From: Vulcanimicrobiales bacterium
GTDB lineage: Bacteria; Vulcanimicrobiota; Vulcanimicrobiia; Vulcanimicrobiales; Vulcanimicrobiaceae
NCBI GenBank assembly: GCA_038231455.1
Contig: JBBRLI010000007.1
Location: 1 to 64,000, forward strand
Length of the DNA: 64,000 nt
Direction of reading: 5' to 3'
Position 1 is the first letter of the stretch, and every line of letters begins with the position of its first letter. Position numbers and translations under genes: made by a program. Below are positions 49,761 through 59,061 of the stretch, one piece after another. The notes under the pieces are model-generated. The model was given only the letters and a program-made list of their open reading frames with translations. It searched no databases and was not told where the DNA came from.

Positions 49761-52101
49761 ATGAGACGAATTTCTGTCGCGCGGAAGATGCTTCTCATCG
49801 CGGCACTCTTTACGTTGCCAATTTTGCTTCTTGTCATCGTCCTCTACGGTCAAATCAAGGGCGATGTCGATTTTGCAAGCCAAGAGCAGTTGGGCGTCAG
49901 CTACACCCGGGCGTTTTAAGCCGCTCTTGCTCGATCTTGAAGCCCTTCGCTCGGTCTCCAAGGCCGATCGCGATGCGGTCGATCAGCGCGTTCAGGCTGA
50001 TTTTGCAACATTGCACGGCCTCGATCGGACGGTCGGAGCCGCTCTCGACGTAGCAAAGCCCTTACAAGAGCTTCAGAAATCATGGACCGATAAACAACCG
50101 ATCGGAACCGTGATCGGGAGCGCAATCGCGTTTCTCTCGACCATTTCGGACAATTCGAAAATTACGCTCGACCCGATCCTCGACGGCTACTATGTGGGCG
50201 ACACGATGGTGAACAAGGGGCCGGGCTTAATCGACGGTATCGCCCAGTCGCGCATCCTCGGTGCTGAGGCCCTGCGTTCCAAAGCGCTCGGCCAGGACGA
50301 TCGCATTACCCTTGCCGTGCTCTCAGGGCAACTTTCGGGGAATATTGACGGCATCGCGCACAACGTCCCAATCGCCGTTGGTGCCGCACCCACGCTTAAA
50401 TCAAGTCTCGGCGCCGCCGGGGATCGCGTTCATACGAGCGCCACGGCGTACGTTGGCACCATTCAATCACGACTCCTGACCGTTCAACGATTTACGGCCG
50501 ATCCGAAGACGTTTTCGAGTCAAGCGGGCGATTCCGACGATGCGGCCGTCGCACTCTACGATGCGAGCATCAACGGAATGCGCGATGTTTTGCAAATGCG
50601 CATCGACGGCCTCGTCCGCCGTGAGGCGATCATTTTTTCGGTCGTTCTTGCACTCATCCTCGGTGCTGCAATCATGATGCTCGTGACCACGCGTTCTCTT
50701 GCAAAACGACTCGGCGACGTTACCGCGGCGATGCACCGCGTTGCCGAGGAGGATATGCGGCACCTCGCTGAACTCGCGAGCGCGGTCTCGAATGGCGACA
50801 TTCGGACCCGCACGTTCCTCAAACCGGAATTGCTGGAAGCAACGGGATCCGATGAAGTTGCAAAACTCGCGCGAAGCTACAACGTCCTCGTCGAGCGTGT
50901 CGAAACGGTCAGCGCCGATTTCAATCGCATGACGCTCTTCCTCTCCTCGCTCATCACCGGAGTCAGCGAGGCCGCCTCACGTCTCGTCGATGTCACCGTC
51001 GATATGACCGGTGCGATTTTGTCTGTCGATAACGAAATCCGAGAAATCGCCGTTGCATCGGATGGCGTCGCGGAGGATACGCGCCACCAGTCACTTCGCC
51101 TGCGTGAAGCGCGCATCGCCGTCACGGAAATTTCGCGGACCGCATCGCAAATCGCCGACGGCGCCGATCAGCAATCGAGGGCCGTCATCGAAGCCTCCGT
51201 TGGCGTCGAGGGACTCGACGTTCAAATCGGTCATGTCAGTTCGCTTGGCACGTCCCTTGCGACCTCGGCCCTCCGATCTGCAGAAGAGTCGATCAACGGA
51301 GCAAAGTCGGTCCGCGAAACCGCGCAAACGGTCACGCGACTGCGTGCTGAGTCGGAAGTTCTGCAAACGATCATGCTTTCGCTCGAAGAGCGCTCGCACG
51401 CGGTCGTCGAGATCGTCTCCGTCATCGAGGACATCGCCGATCAGACGAATCTTCTCGCGCTCAACGCGGCGATCGAAGCCGCACGTGCGGGTGCCCATGG
51501 TCGCGGCTTTTCCGTCGTGGCGGACGAGGTTCGCAAGCTCGCGGAGCGTTCGGCATCGTCAACCCGCGAGATCGGGTCGATCCTCAACAGTATCCGAACC
51601 GAGACCGTACGCGCTGCCGGCGCGATGCGCGACTCGTCGAAATCGATGGATTCCGGCATTGTGATTGCGGAACGTGCGAGCGCATCGCTCGATCAGATCG
51701 CGAGCGCCATCGATGAAACGCGCCGTATCTCCGTTGAGGTTTCCGAGGCAACCTCAACGATGAAATCGATGAGCGCACGCGTCGCAAACCACATGGGCAA
51801 CGTTTCAGCGGTCGTCGAGGAGAACGCTGCTGCCGCTCGGCAACTCGAAGCCTCCGGGAAATCCGTTGACGAAACGATCGGGGAGGTCGACGGATCGGCG
51901 TCTCAGCAGTCCGAAGTCGCCGGTCGTGTCGCGCGTTCGACGGATGGAATCGCAGCGGAAACGAAACGCATCGTTGCGGTCACGAGCAAACTCCATCAAA
52001 GCGCCGAGCAACTCCTGAGTTTGATCGAACATTCGGGCGGGCCGCAGTCAGCAATCGTCCCAACCGAGCAGGTGCCTCGCGCGCTCCAGGAATCCGCGTA
52101 G
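49761..52101 (+). pseudogene. mcp: Methyl-accepting chemotaxis protein with a +1 frameshift at 49914-49919 (pseudogene, sequence error or recoding)
   Basis: ATG 49761 gives [28 protein letters not shown] (TM1)...GVSYTRAF-stop. The +1 frame continues KPLLLDL...SKITLDP..DGYY, then TM2, HAMP and [20 protein letters not shown]. Confidence 0.8.
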
Positions 52102-52245
52102 CATCTAGCTCTCACGCTCTCCGATGCATCGGACGAGACCGGACGTCACCGTCGGCGGTATCGCTGCTGCCGAGGGTTTGCGCGTCATGGCCTTGGCGAT
52201 CACGCGTTGTTCGAAATCCGAACCCTAGTCAACGGATCCGGCGGG

Positions 52246-52452
52246 CTAACGCGTGAGATTCGCACGACGGAATAGCAGGCCCGCCGTCGCCGCGAGCACG
52301 CCGTCGGGGAGCAAGAACAGTCCGAAGAGTAGCCCATCGGCGCTTGCCAAAACCGCGCCCGTTGCGAAGCGAACGACGAGTAGCGCCACAACGAGCGTTC
52401 CAAATGGGACCGGAAACCGCAACAAAACAAACCGGTCGAGGATCGGAAGCAT
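52246..52452 (-). CDS. Possible small membrane protein (68 aa)
   Basis: MLPILDRFVLLRFPVPFGTLVVALLVV...; hydrophobic, follows the flagellar operon; no family recognised. Confidence 0.3.
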   Translation of the reverse strand: MLPILDRFVLLRFPVPFGTLVVALLVVRFATGAVLASADGLLFGLFLLPDGVLAATAGLLFRRANLTR

Positions 52453-52493
52453 CGTTTGCGCTTCGCACGTTTGCGACCGAACTCCGTTGCCTG

Positions 52494-52778
52494 CTAGCGC
52501 AGCCGATACGAGCCGCTCGGATCGATCCCGAGCATCCGGCCCCCAATTCGCAGTTCGCGCAACTGATGGTCCCAGAATCCAAACACGCGAAACGCTAGCG
52601 GTTTGAGATTCGCGATAACGGCCCGTGCGCGGGCGGAGATTGAGAGCACGTCGCGTTGCCAAGCGGGATGATCGCGTGGCAGAACTGACGCTTCAATCTC
52701 CGGGTCCACCGCAACTGGGAGAACCGACGCATATGCGATCGGATCGAGGCTGACCCGCGCGGCGCTTGGTTCGTTCAT
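52494..52778 (-). CDS. Hypothetical protein (94 aa)
   Basis: ATG overlaps the sigma-factor stop (ATGA coupling). Confidence 0.55.
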   Translation of the reverse strand: MNEPSAARVSLDPIAYASVLPVAVDPEIEASVLPRDHPAWQRDVLSISARARAVIANLKPLAFRVFGFWDHQLRELRIGGRMLGIDPSGSYRLR

Positions 52779-53440
52779 CGTGTCGCAGCCAGCACGCCGC
52801 GTAAGCGTTTGATACCAAGCAAATGCAACTGCGAGACGCGCTGCGGCGAGATGGCAAGGTCCGCGCTAAGCTGGCGCAGCGACCGATCCGCAAAGTAATG
52901 CTGCGTGATGACGCGCCGCTCCCGATGCGGGAGCCGTTCAAGCGCGCCGTACATCGCGGTGCGCGCAATACGCGTTTCGACGAGCAACTGCGGGTTGAGT
53001 GATGGATCGACATCGAGGTGTTCGTCGCCGGGAAGCGGAGCGTCGATCGAGAGCGGTACAGCGCGATACACCATCGCGCGTGCTTGCGCAAGTGCCGGAT
53101 GACGCTTTTCCATTTCGCGCTGACCGGGCAGCGAACCCCGCTCGCTTGCAAGCGCGAACCGATCGCGTTCGGCATAGCGGATCGTGCGGCGTATGCGTTC
53201 GGAAACAAAGTCCATCCGACGAATGCCGTTGAGCATGGCCCCGGCGATCAAACGTCGAGCGTATTGTTCGAGCGAAGGGCCGCGTGTCGGATCGAACGAG
53301 TCGACGGCACGAATGAGCCCGACCGAACCATCACCGATCAGATCGTCAAGATCGCTCGTGCCCAGCAGACGCGCGGTGCGCCGCGCGATCGTGCGAACGA
53401 GCGGAAAGAGAAGACGGATATGTTCTTCGCGGTCGATCAT
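52775..53440 (-). CDS. fliA: FliA/WhiG-family RNA polymerase sigma factor
   Basis: PLVRTIA, DDLIGDGSVGLIRAVDSFDP, YARRLIAGAML..IRRMD and region 4 LPHRERRVI..HYF...ISPQRVSQLH; downstream of flgG. Confidence 0.8.
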   Translation of the reverse strand: MIDREEHIRLLFPLVRTIARRTARLLGTSDLDDLIGDGSVGLIRAVDSFDPTRGPSLEQYARRLIAGAMLNGIRRMDFVSERIRRTIRYAERDRFALASERGSLPGQREMEKRHPALAQARAMVYRAVPLSIDAPLPGDEHLDVDPSLNPQLLVETRIARTAMYGALERLPHRERRVITQHYFADRSLRQLSADLAISPQRVSQLHLLGIKRLRGVLAATR

Positions 53441-53622
53441 CGCGCTTCACGCACGAACGTCTTCTCGACAACGGCATCAATCGCAAGATCGCCGAGGGGG
53501 CCGAGCGACTTTGCCAGCGGCTTGAGTACTTGCGCGAAGAGCAGCGCATTCACACGCTCGGCGACGAGGGCACGGTCGGCACTAACTGCGGTGGAGGTTG
53601 TTTGCGATGCGCAGCATTTCAT
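53437..53622 (-). CDS. Small protein resembling a minimal FlgJ rod-binding domain
   Basis: VAERVNALLFAQVLKPL helix; lies between flgG and the sigma factor and is coupled to the latter; start uncertain. Confidence 0.45.
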   Translation of the reverse strand: MKCCASQTTSTAVSADRALVAERVNALLFAQVLKPLAKSLGPLGDLAIDAVVEKTFVREAR

Positions 53623-54310
53623 CCGCGGCTTGCACTCCTTTCGCGTTTGCCTCGTACGCGCGCTGGGCGCCGAGGATCTGCATCATCGCCTCGACGATCG
53701 AGACGTTCGATTTCTCGAGCATGCCGAACTGAATCGCCGGACCGCCCTCACCACCGGGAGAAAAGCGGTGCGCCGTCCCCGATTGTGTTGTCGCGGCAAA
53801 GAGAGTTGCGCCGAGCGGACGTAGATTCTCGGGTGAGGGAAACGATGCGAGTTGCAGTGTTCCAACGATGCGATTCTTCGCCGTCGGCGTATCGATCGAG
53901 ACGCGACCGCTGCGTTCGACCCGCACCGTAAGCGCATCACTGGGCAAACGCACGCCCTCGAGCTGCCAGCCTTTGCTGTTGCGTAAGGTTCCATCCGGCG
54001 CCCGCGTGAATTCGCCGGCCCGTGTATATGCGCGTTCGGCGCCTCGGTGAACGATGAAAAAACCGGCTCCGTCGATTGCAACATCAAAGGGGCCGCCGGT
54101 CTTCATCAGTTTGCCTTGTTCGAAAAGCGTATGACGTCCGAGCGTCGTCGTTCCAAGCCCGAGCGATCCGCCGGCGCGCACGTCGGCAAAAGACGCTGCC
54201 ATGCCCTTGAAGCCCGCGACATCGGCGTTGGCGAGATTGTCTGCTACGATTTCAAGATTGGTCTGCTGCGCCGCCATCCCCGAGGCGGCCGCATACATCG
54301 CTCGATTCAT
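53582..54310 (-). CDS. flgG: Flagellar basal-body rod protein FlgG
   Basis: MNRAMYAAASGM...NLANADVAGFK, DVAIDGAGFF, YTRAGEF and LEKSNVSIVEAM...QRAYEANAK. Confidence 0.9.
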   Translation of the reverse strand: MNRAMYAAASGMAAQQTNLEIVADNLANADVAGFKGMAASFADVRAGGSLGLGTTTLGRHTLFEQGKLMKTGGPFDVAIDGAGFFIVHRGAERAYTRAGEFTRAPDGTLRNSKGWQLEGVRLPSDALTVRVERSGRVSIDTPTAKNRIVGTLQLASFPSPENLRPLGATLFAATTQSGTAHRFSPGGEGGPAIQFGMLEKSNVSIVEAMMQILGAQRAYEANAKGVQAADEMLRIANNLHRS

Positions 54311-54316
54311 GTCGCG

Positions 54317-54337
54317 ATGGTACGCGGTGAATGTTAC
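54317..54337 (-). promoter_or_regulatory. GTAACAT-N8-TACCAT-N6-ATG element upstream of flgG
   Basis: Same motif and spacing recur upstream of 56809. Confidence 0.55.
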
Positions 54338-54448
54338 CGGTAAACAACCGGTGCATGTCCGGAAAATCGCGCTTGGCAGCGGTGCTCTACCTTGTGCGAT
54401 ATGCTAGACTAACGAACCACACATCGAAAACACGGAACCGCGAACGGA

Positions 54449-54571
54449 TTGGAACGACTGGTGAGTGACGAATTGCTCGACGCGATCGCGACGGCAGTTG
54501 ACGTCTCGACGATCGCGCGTCGAATCGAACGGCACGAAACGCGAATCGCCACGCTCGAAGGCCGGCCTTGA
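54449..54571 (+). CDS. Possible small coiled-coil protein or remnant (36-40 aa)
   Basis: (M)ERLVSDELLDAIATAVDVSTIARRIERHETRIATLEGRP; an upstream in-frame ATG at 54401 is cut by TAA at 54410. Confidence 0.3.
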   Translation: MERLVSDELLDAIATAVDVSTIARRIERHETRIATLEGRP

Positions 54572-54590
54572 AGTGCGGCTTGGTCCCGTC

Positions 54591-55457
54591 CTAGAGGACG
54601 ACGCGCAAAATGCCGGCCGCAAGGACGCACGCCATCCCAGCGATCGAACGCGGCGTGAGTGTTGCGTGCAGCAGCACGACCGATAAGACGACCGTCGAGA
54701 GCGGTTCGAGCGTGCCGAGAATCGAGCTCCGCTGCGCGCCGATGCGCGGCAAACCGATCGAGAGACCGAGGATCGGAATCGCCGTTGCGACGAGCGCCAT
54801 CGAACCGCCGAGCACCAGTTGGTCGCGGTCGAGCGGAAGCACGGGAAGTCCGCGAACGAGCGTGATGATGCCGTAGACGACGGCCGCGGACGCCAGCAAC
54901 GTCGCCGTCGAGCGCAGCGGCGGCAGGCCGGCAAGCACGCGAACGGCGATCAGAATGTACGATGCGTACACGGCGGCTGCGGAGAGTCCGAACGCAAGAC
55001 CGCTCGCGTGCAAACCAGAACCCGGAGCGGCAACCATTAACCACACACCGCCGCATGCAAGCGCCACAGAGAGGATGCTCCGTTTTCCACCACCGCGTCC
55101 CGCAAGCCGTTCGGCGATTTCGATAATTACCGGAAACGTGAAGAGTAACATGATTGCAATCGGCGGACCCGCATCGGCGACGCTGCCAAGAAAGAGGCCG
55201 GCTTGCAGCGTGTAAATCACGCCCAGGCCGCAGAGCGCGAGCAGCCGATTCCGCGGAATCGGTCCTTCGCGAAGGGCAAGCGCCGCGAGATACACGATGA
55301 GCGCTCCGCCCGCGAAACGCCACAAGAGCAAGGTGGGGATCGCGATGCCACGCGCGAACGCTGCCTGGCCAAAGAGGCCAAGCGATCCAAAGGCGATTGC
55401 TCCGATGGTCACCGCCCATAAACCCAGGCGCTCATTGCGATCGACGGATTGATTCAA
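54591..55457 (-). CDS. EamA/DMT-family transporter
   Basis: About 10 TMs in two repeats; LLWRF, LLFTFP and IGAQRSSILGTLEPL; start approximate (TTG 55457). Confidence 0.88.
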   Translation of the reverse strand: MNQSVDRNERLGLWAVTIGAIAFGSLGLFGQAAFARGIAIPTLLLWRFAGGALIVYLAALALREGPIPRNRLLALCGLGVIYTLQAGLFLGSVADAGPPIAIMLLFTFPVIIEIAERLAGRGGGKRSILSVALACGGVWLMVAAPGSGLHASGLAFGLSAAAVYASYILIAVRVLAGLPPLRSTATLLASAAVVYGIITLVRGLPVLPLDRDQLVLGGSMALVATAIPILGLSIGLPRIGAQRSSILGTLEPLSTVVLSVVLLHATLTPRSIAGMACVLAAGILRVVL

Positions 55458-55501
55458 CTCCGGCTTGTGCGGCGCGACGGCCGCACGTTCATGCCGCGGG
55501 C

Positions 55502-56137
55502 TTAGAGCTGAGCTAGTCGCGGAGCGATGGACACCGCTTCGATGGCGTGAATCGCGCCCGATGAATCGCGCCAGGCTGCGGTAAGGATTCCGAGCAGCAC
55601 GCCATCGGAAGTGAAGATTCCCGAGCCCGAATTCCCGTGTTCGCACGTCGTGCACTGGATCATGAATCCATCGATGCCCGAGCCATCGGGCACGTTCGGC
55701 GGCGCATCGATGATCGTCGCGTCGGCGATCTGCCAAAAGCCGCTCGCCGGATGTCCGTAGAGAAAGACCGCACCGTCGCGTTCGGCTCGTCCGAGTGGGG
55801 CGATCTCGAATTGGCGGCGGTTCGCAATTCGCGCGGTGATCGTCGCAAGATCGTTCCCGATCACGCGCGTGCTCAGCACGGTCATCTCGTCGCGCCGGTC
55901 GTCGATGACACGGACATGACCCGGCGCGATGATATGTGCGGCAGTCGCCACGGTTACGATGTCGCCGCTCTGCGCGATGATCACACCCGTGCCGATTGCT
56001 GCGCGGCGCGCGTCGAGCATTGCCTCGACGACCACGGTAAGCGTGTGCGCGCGATCGGCCGGAGCGGTTGAGGCAATCGACACGGTTGGGAGAACCGCGA
56101 GGCACAGTGCACTCGCCAAACCCAGAAAACGCAGCAC
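55502..56137 (-). CDS. Secreted trypsin-like serine protease (no PDZ domain)
   Basis: Signal peptide; GTGV, TAAH, GNDLA and GNSGSG catalytic triad. Confidence 0.85.
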   Translation of the reverse strand: MLRFLGLASALCLAVLPTVSIASTAPADRAHTLTVVVEAMLDARRAAIGTGVIIAQSGDIVTVATAAHIIAPGHVRVIDDRRDEMTVLSTRVIGNDLATITARIANRRQFEIAPLGRAERDGAVFLYGHPASGFWQIADATIIDAPPNVPDGSGIDGFMIQCTTCEHGNSGSGIFTSDGVLLGILTAAWRDSSGAIHAIEAVSIAPRLAQL

Positions 56138-56152
56138 GGCCGACCCCCGTAC

Positions 56153-56190
56153 CTTAAGATAATCTTAAGTTTTCATAAGATGCTCTTAAT
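56153..56190. promoter_or_regulatory. AT-rich array of four C(T/A)TAA(G/T) boxes at 10-11-bp period upstream of the protease
   Basis: CTTAAG 56153, CTTAAG 56164, CATAAG 56174 and CTTAAT 56185; includes the palindrome CTTAAGAT-A-ATCTTAAG. Confidence 0.6.
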
Positions 56191-56218
56191 CCGTACGTTG
56201 GTCCTGTTGCCGCTCGAC

Positions 56219-56809
56219 CTATTTTAGCCGGGCGACTTCACTCGCCGTTTTCTGGCGCGTCTCGTCGATCGCCGAGAACGTTTTTTGCGCGGTTTCGAAG
56301 GCGCGCTGAGCGCTTAGGATCGCGAGTGTTTCGCCGACCGCGTTGACGTTAGCCGTCTCCAGGAACCCGGTTTGAAGCGATGCGCCCGCGGCGAGTGGAA
56401 TGCGCCCGGCGATGCGTCCACCCTCGCGCACGGTCCCGTCGCGTTCGATTGTCGCTACGTCCGAGACGCGGATGGCGCGACCGTGTGCGTCACGCAAGCG
56501 TTCGCCGCGATCGTCACTCAGGTACCCGAAGCGATCGCGCACGAAAGCGCCGCTGCGCGTTTGATGGTCGCCGATGCGGAACGAACCGGGTCCCAAAATC
56601 GCAACGTCGAGCGCACGGCCCGTATGCCGCAGGGCGCCCTGTTCGGTCGATGTGGTTTCGCGCGCGATGAGACCGCCCGCTGCAAGTTCGACGTGCGAAT
56701 CAAAGCGGCGATACCCGTCGCTCGAGACGTTCGCAAGGTTGTGCGTTGCCGAATCGAGTTGGGCTCGCGCGGCGCGCATGGCGCTGGTCATCCACTGCAT
56801 ACCATCCAT
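56219..56809 (-). CDS. Short flagellar basal-body rod protein (FlgF-like)
   Basis: HNLANVSSDGY, QGALRHTGRALDVAI.GPG.F, TRSGAF and LETANVNAVGE...AQRAFE. Confidence 0.85.
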   Translation of the reverse strand: MDGMQWMTSAMRAARAQLDSATHNLANVSSDGYRRFDSHVELAAGGLIARETTSTEQGALRHTGRALDVAILGPGSFRIGDHQTRSGAFVRDRFGYLSDDRGERLRDAHGRAIRVSDVATIERDGTVREGGRIAGRIPLAAGASLQTGFLETANVNAVGETLAILSAQRAFETAQKTFSAIDETRQKTASEVARLK

Positions 56810-56815
56810 AGCGCC

Positions 56816-56836
56816 AGTATGACAGGCCGATGTTAC
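56816..56836 (-). promoter_or_regulatory. GTAACAT-N8-CATACT-N6-ATG element upstream of the flgF-like gene
   Basis: Same motif and spacing as upstream of flgG. Confidence 0.55.
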
Positions 56837-56854
56837 TGCACGGTGATCGTTTCG

Positions 56855-57424
56855 TTAACGTCCGGTCTCATCGCGCACGAGTGAGGTCAACACGTGATCG
56901 CGCCACTGCCCCGCTAAGAATAAGTAGTCCCGTGCGAAGCCTTCGACCGAAAAGCCGAGCTTGCGCAGCACGCTCGCACTACGCTCGTTGTGCGGCTGGT
57001 AGTTCGCCATCAATCGGTGCAGATCGAGCGTGCCGAAGGCATAGGCGATGACGGCCGTGAGGGCTTCATGCATGTAGCCCGAGCCAACCCCGTTCCGATC
57101 GAGCGAATAGCCCAGATGCGCGGCGCGAAAAGCGCTGTACACGACGTTGGAGAGACCGATCGTACCGACAAACGGTCCGCTCGAATCGCCGCGCATCTGC
57201 AAGATGAAATGAAATCCCGCACCGCGCATCGCAGCATCGCGGTTATCGCGAATCCAACGTTCCATGCGATCGAGGGTGTAGAACGAGGCATCGCGCGTGG
57301 GATCCCACGGTGCGAAGTGTTCGCGATTGGCCTCGTAATACGCGAGCTGGCGCGCTGCATCTTCGATGTCGGGCAAAACGATTTGCAGTCGTTCGGTGAG
57401 AATCGGTGCGAACGGTCGGCTCAT
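56855..57424 (-). CDS. RimJ-like GNAT N-acetyltransferase
   Basis: ILTERL, NREHFAPW, AHLGYSL...GYMHEAL, LHRLMANYQPHNERS and WRDHVLTSL; ATGA coupling to ROK. Confidence 0.9.
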   Translation of the reverse strand: MSRPFAPILTERLQIVLPDIEDAARQLAYYEANREHFAPWDPTRDASFYTLDRMERWIRDNRDAAMRGAGFHFILQMRGDSSGPFVGTIGLSNVVYSAFRAAHLGYSLDRNGVGSGYMHEALTAVIAYAFGTLDLHRLMANYQPHNERSASVLRKLGFSVEGFARDYLFLAGQWRDHVLTSLVRDETGR

Positions 57425-58323
57425 GCCAGGCCCGCTGCGATTCCGGAACAATCTTGCAGACGCTCGCCAAGCGATGCCGGCACGACGTGACACGCGGCGG
57501 CGACCGACGGCAAGACTTGCGAGCGAAAGCGCGACCCCACGTCCGCGACCCAGCCCGCGCCAAGATACATCGCGGCGCTGCCGAGCACGATGCGCTCGAC
57601 GACGAGCAAATCCGCAAGCAGCGCACACGCATCGCCGACGACGCGTGCGTTATAGCCCAGCACGTCTCGCGCGTCGGCATCGCCACTCGCGGCAAGCGCA
57701 CCAAGTTCCGGGGGCGTCGGCGTACGGACACCCCAGCGCGCCGGATGCCGCCACGCCGCAATCGAACTGAGGGCACGGCCCGGACCGAGGGCTTCAAAGC
57801 ACCCGGGCTTTTCGAAAAACGCCGGACCGTCATCGACGTAACGAACGTGTCCGATCTCGGGTGAACGGCCGCGAGCGCCGCGGTAAAGCTTGCCCGCGAG
57901 CACCAGACCCGTTAAGAAGCCCGTGCCGCACGTGAGGTAGGCCAGATGTGTGACGGCGCCGTGCTCGCCGAAGCAAAACTCCGCCCATGCGCATGCGCCT
58001 GCATCGTGCTCGACTTGCACCGGACGATCGAGTGCCCGTTCGAGCCGCGCGCGTAACGGAAGCGCCGTCCACCCCGGTAAATTCGGGGGATCGTAAATGA
58101 TGCCGGCTTGCGCGTCCATCGGTCCGCCGATTGCAACACCGATGCGTTCGATCTGCGGAAAGCGGTGGATGTATGTTTGGCCGGCGCTCACGATCTGCGC
58201 GATGAGCGGCTCCGGGCCGCGCGGCGAATCCGTGGCGAATGCGATCCGTTCGAATATCGCGCCCGTGCGATCGCCCACGACAACGCTCGTCGTCGTCCCA
58301 CCGACGTTAATCCCGAGTAGCAT
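57421..58323 (-). CDS. ROK-family sugar kinase
   Basis: GINVGGT, PPNLPGW, EHDAGAC..AE..FG, GTG, EIGH and GCFEA. Confidence 0.9.
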   Translation of the reverse strand: MLLGINVGGTTTSVVVGDRTGAIFERIAFATDSPRGPEPLIAQIVSAGQTYIHRFPQIERIGVAIGGPMDAQAGIIYDPPNLPGWTALPLRARLERALDRPVQVEHDAGACAWAEFCFGEHGAVTHLAYLTCGTGFLTGLVLAGKLYRGARGRSPEIGHVRYVDDGPAFFEKPGCFEALGPGRALSSIAAWRHPARWGVRTPTPPELGALAASGDADARDVLGYNARVVGDACALLADLLVVERIVLGSAAMYLGAGWVADVGSRFRSQVLPSVAAACHVVPASLGERLQDCSGIAAGLA

Positions 58324-58326
58324 CGA

Positions 58327-59061
58327 TTAGACGAAGCTGTATGGGGGGCGCGGGCCTTCGAGGTAGACGGTCAGTCCGGCGCTTTGCGCGTTCGCGGAAA
58401 AACGTTCGAGCACCGCGCGAAACCCCTCGACGCGCGAACGCTGCACGAGAAACGCACCAGAGAGCAGATGTTGCGGGAGCGCGCTTGGATCGAGCGGTCG
58501 CGAAGCGTTCGCGAACAGACCGCAGGCGCGCCAGAGTTTTCCGATGGTCTCCGTCGCCTCGGCAGTCGCGTACGCGGCGATCGAGGGCGTCTTCGAGCGC
58601 GAATGCGCCGAGCGCAAAACGTACGGATTTGCACGCGGTACGGCATGCGGGCCGAGGTAGGCGTGAATCGCCCACTCGTCTTTTCCGCTGATGCGCGCAA
58701 GCGCCCGGCGCCAGCGGTCGTACGACTGCTGCGCGCGTTCGTTCAGTTCGGCCATGCTTTCGTAAAACGTCAGAAACGGCGCGGGTACGACGGCACCGCG
58801 CGCCATCGCGCGATCGAGGACCGTTTCGTGCACGTGTGCTTGCCCGACGAGCCACTGCGGATCCGAGCGCTGACGCGCGATCGCATCGTTTGACCATGCT
58901 TCTTCATCGACGTACCGCACCAAGAGAGCGACGCGCTGATAAGGCACGGCGGTCGCGCGCGAACCGTCGATCACGAAGCGCCGACCGGCAAGCGCAGCAT
59001 CGCCCACGCCGAAAAACTGTAACGGACGCGAGGGGCGAAGCCGCGCCTGCGCCGAGCTCAC
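58327..59061 (-). CDS. GvpL/GvpF-family protein
   Basis: GTG overlaps the divIVA stop; DPQWL...AHVHETVLD....GAVVPAPF.T.Y, L.RISGKDEW, AFLV and C-terminal GPRPPYSFV, which resembles the GPWPPY.F motif of GvpL/F. Confidence 0.8.
   Translation of the reverse strand: MSSAQARLRPSRPLQFFGVGDAALAGRRFVIDGSRATAVPYQRVALLVRYVDEEAWSNDAIARQRSDPQWLVGQAHVHETVLDRAMARGAVVPAPFLTFYESMAELNERAQQSYDRWRRALARISGKDEWAIHAYLGPHAVPRANPYVLRSAHSRSKTPSIAAYATAEATETIGKLWRACGLFANASRPLDPSALPQHLLSGAFLVQRSRVEGFRAVLERFSANAQSAGLTVYLEGPRPPYSFV

Noticed and set aside
52102-52245. Possible riboswitch or small ORF downstream of the MCP
   Set aside because: It does not match the c-di-GMP or other aptamer consensus I can recall; the 32-codon minus-strand ORF has no support.
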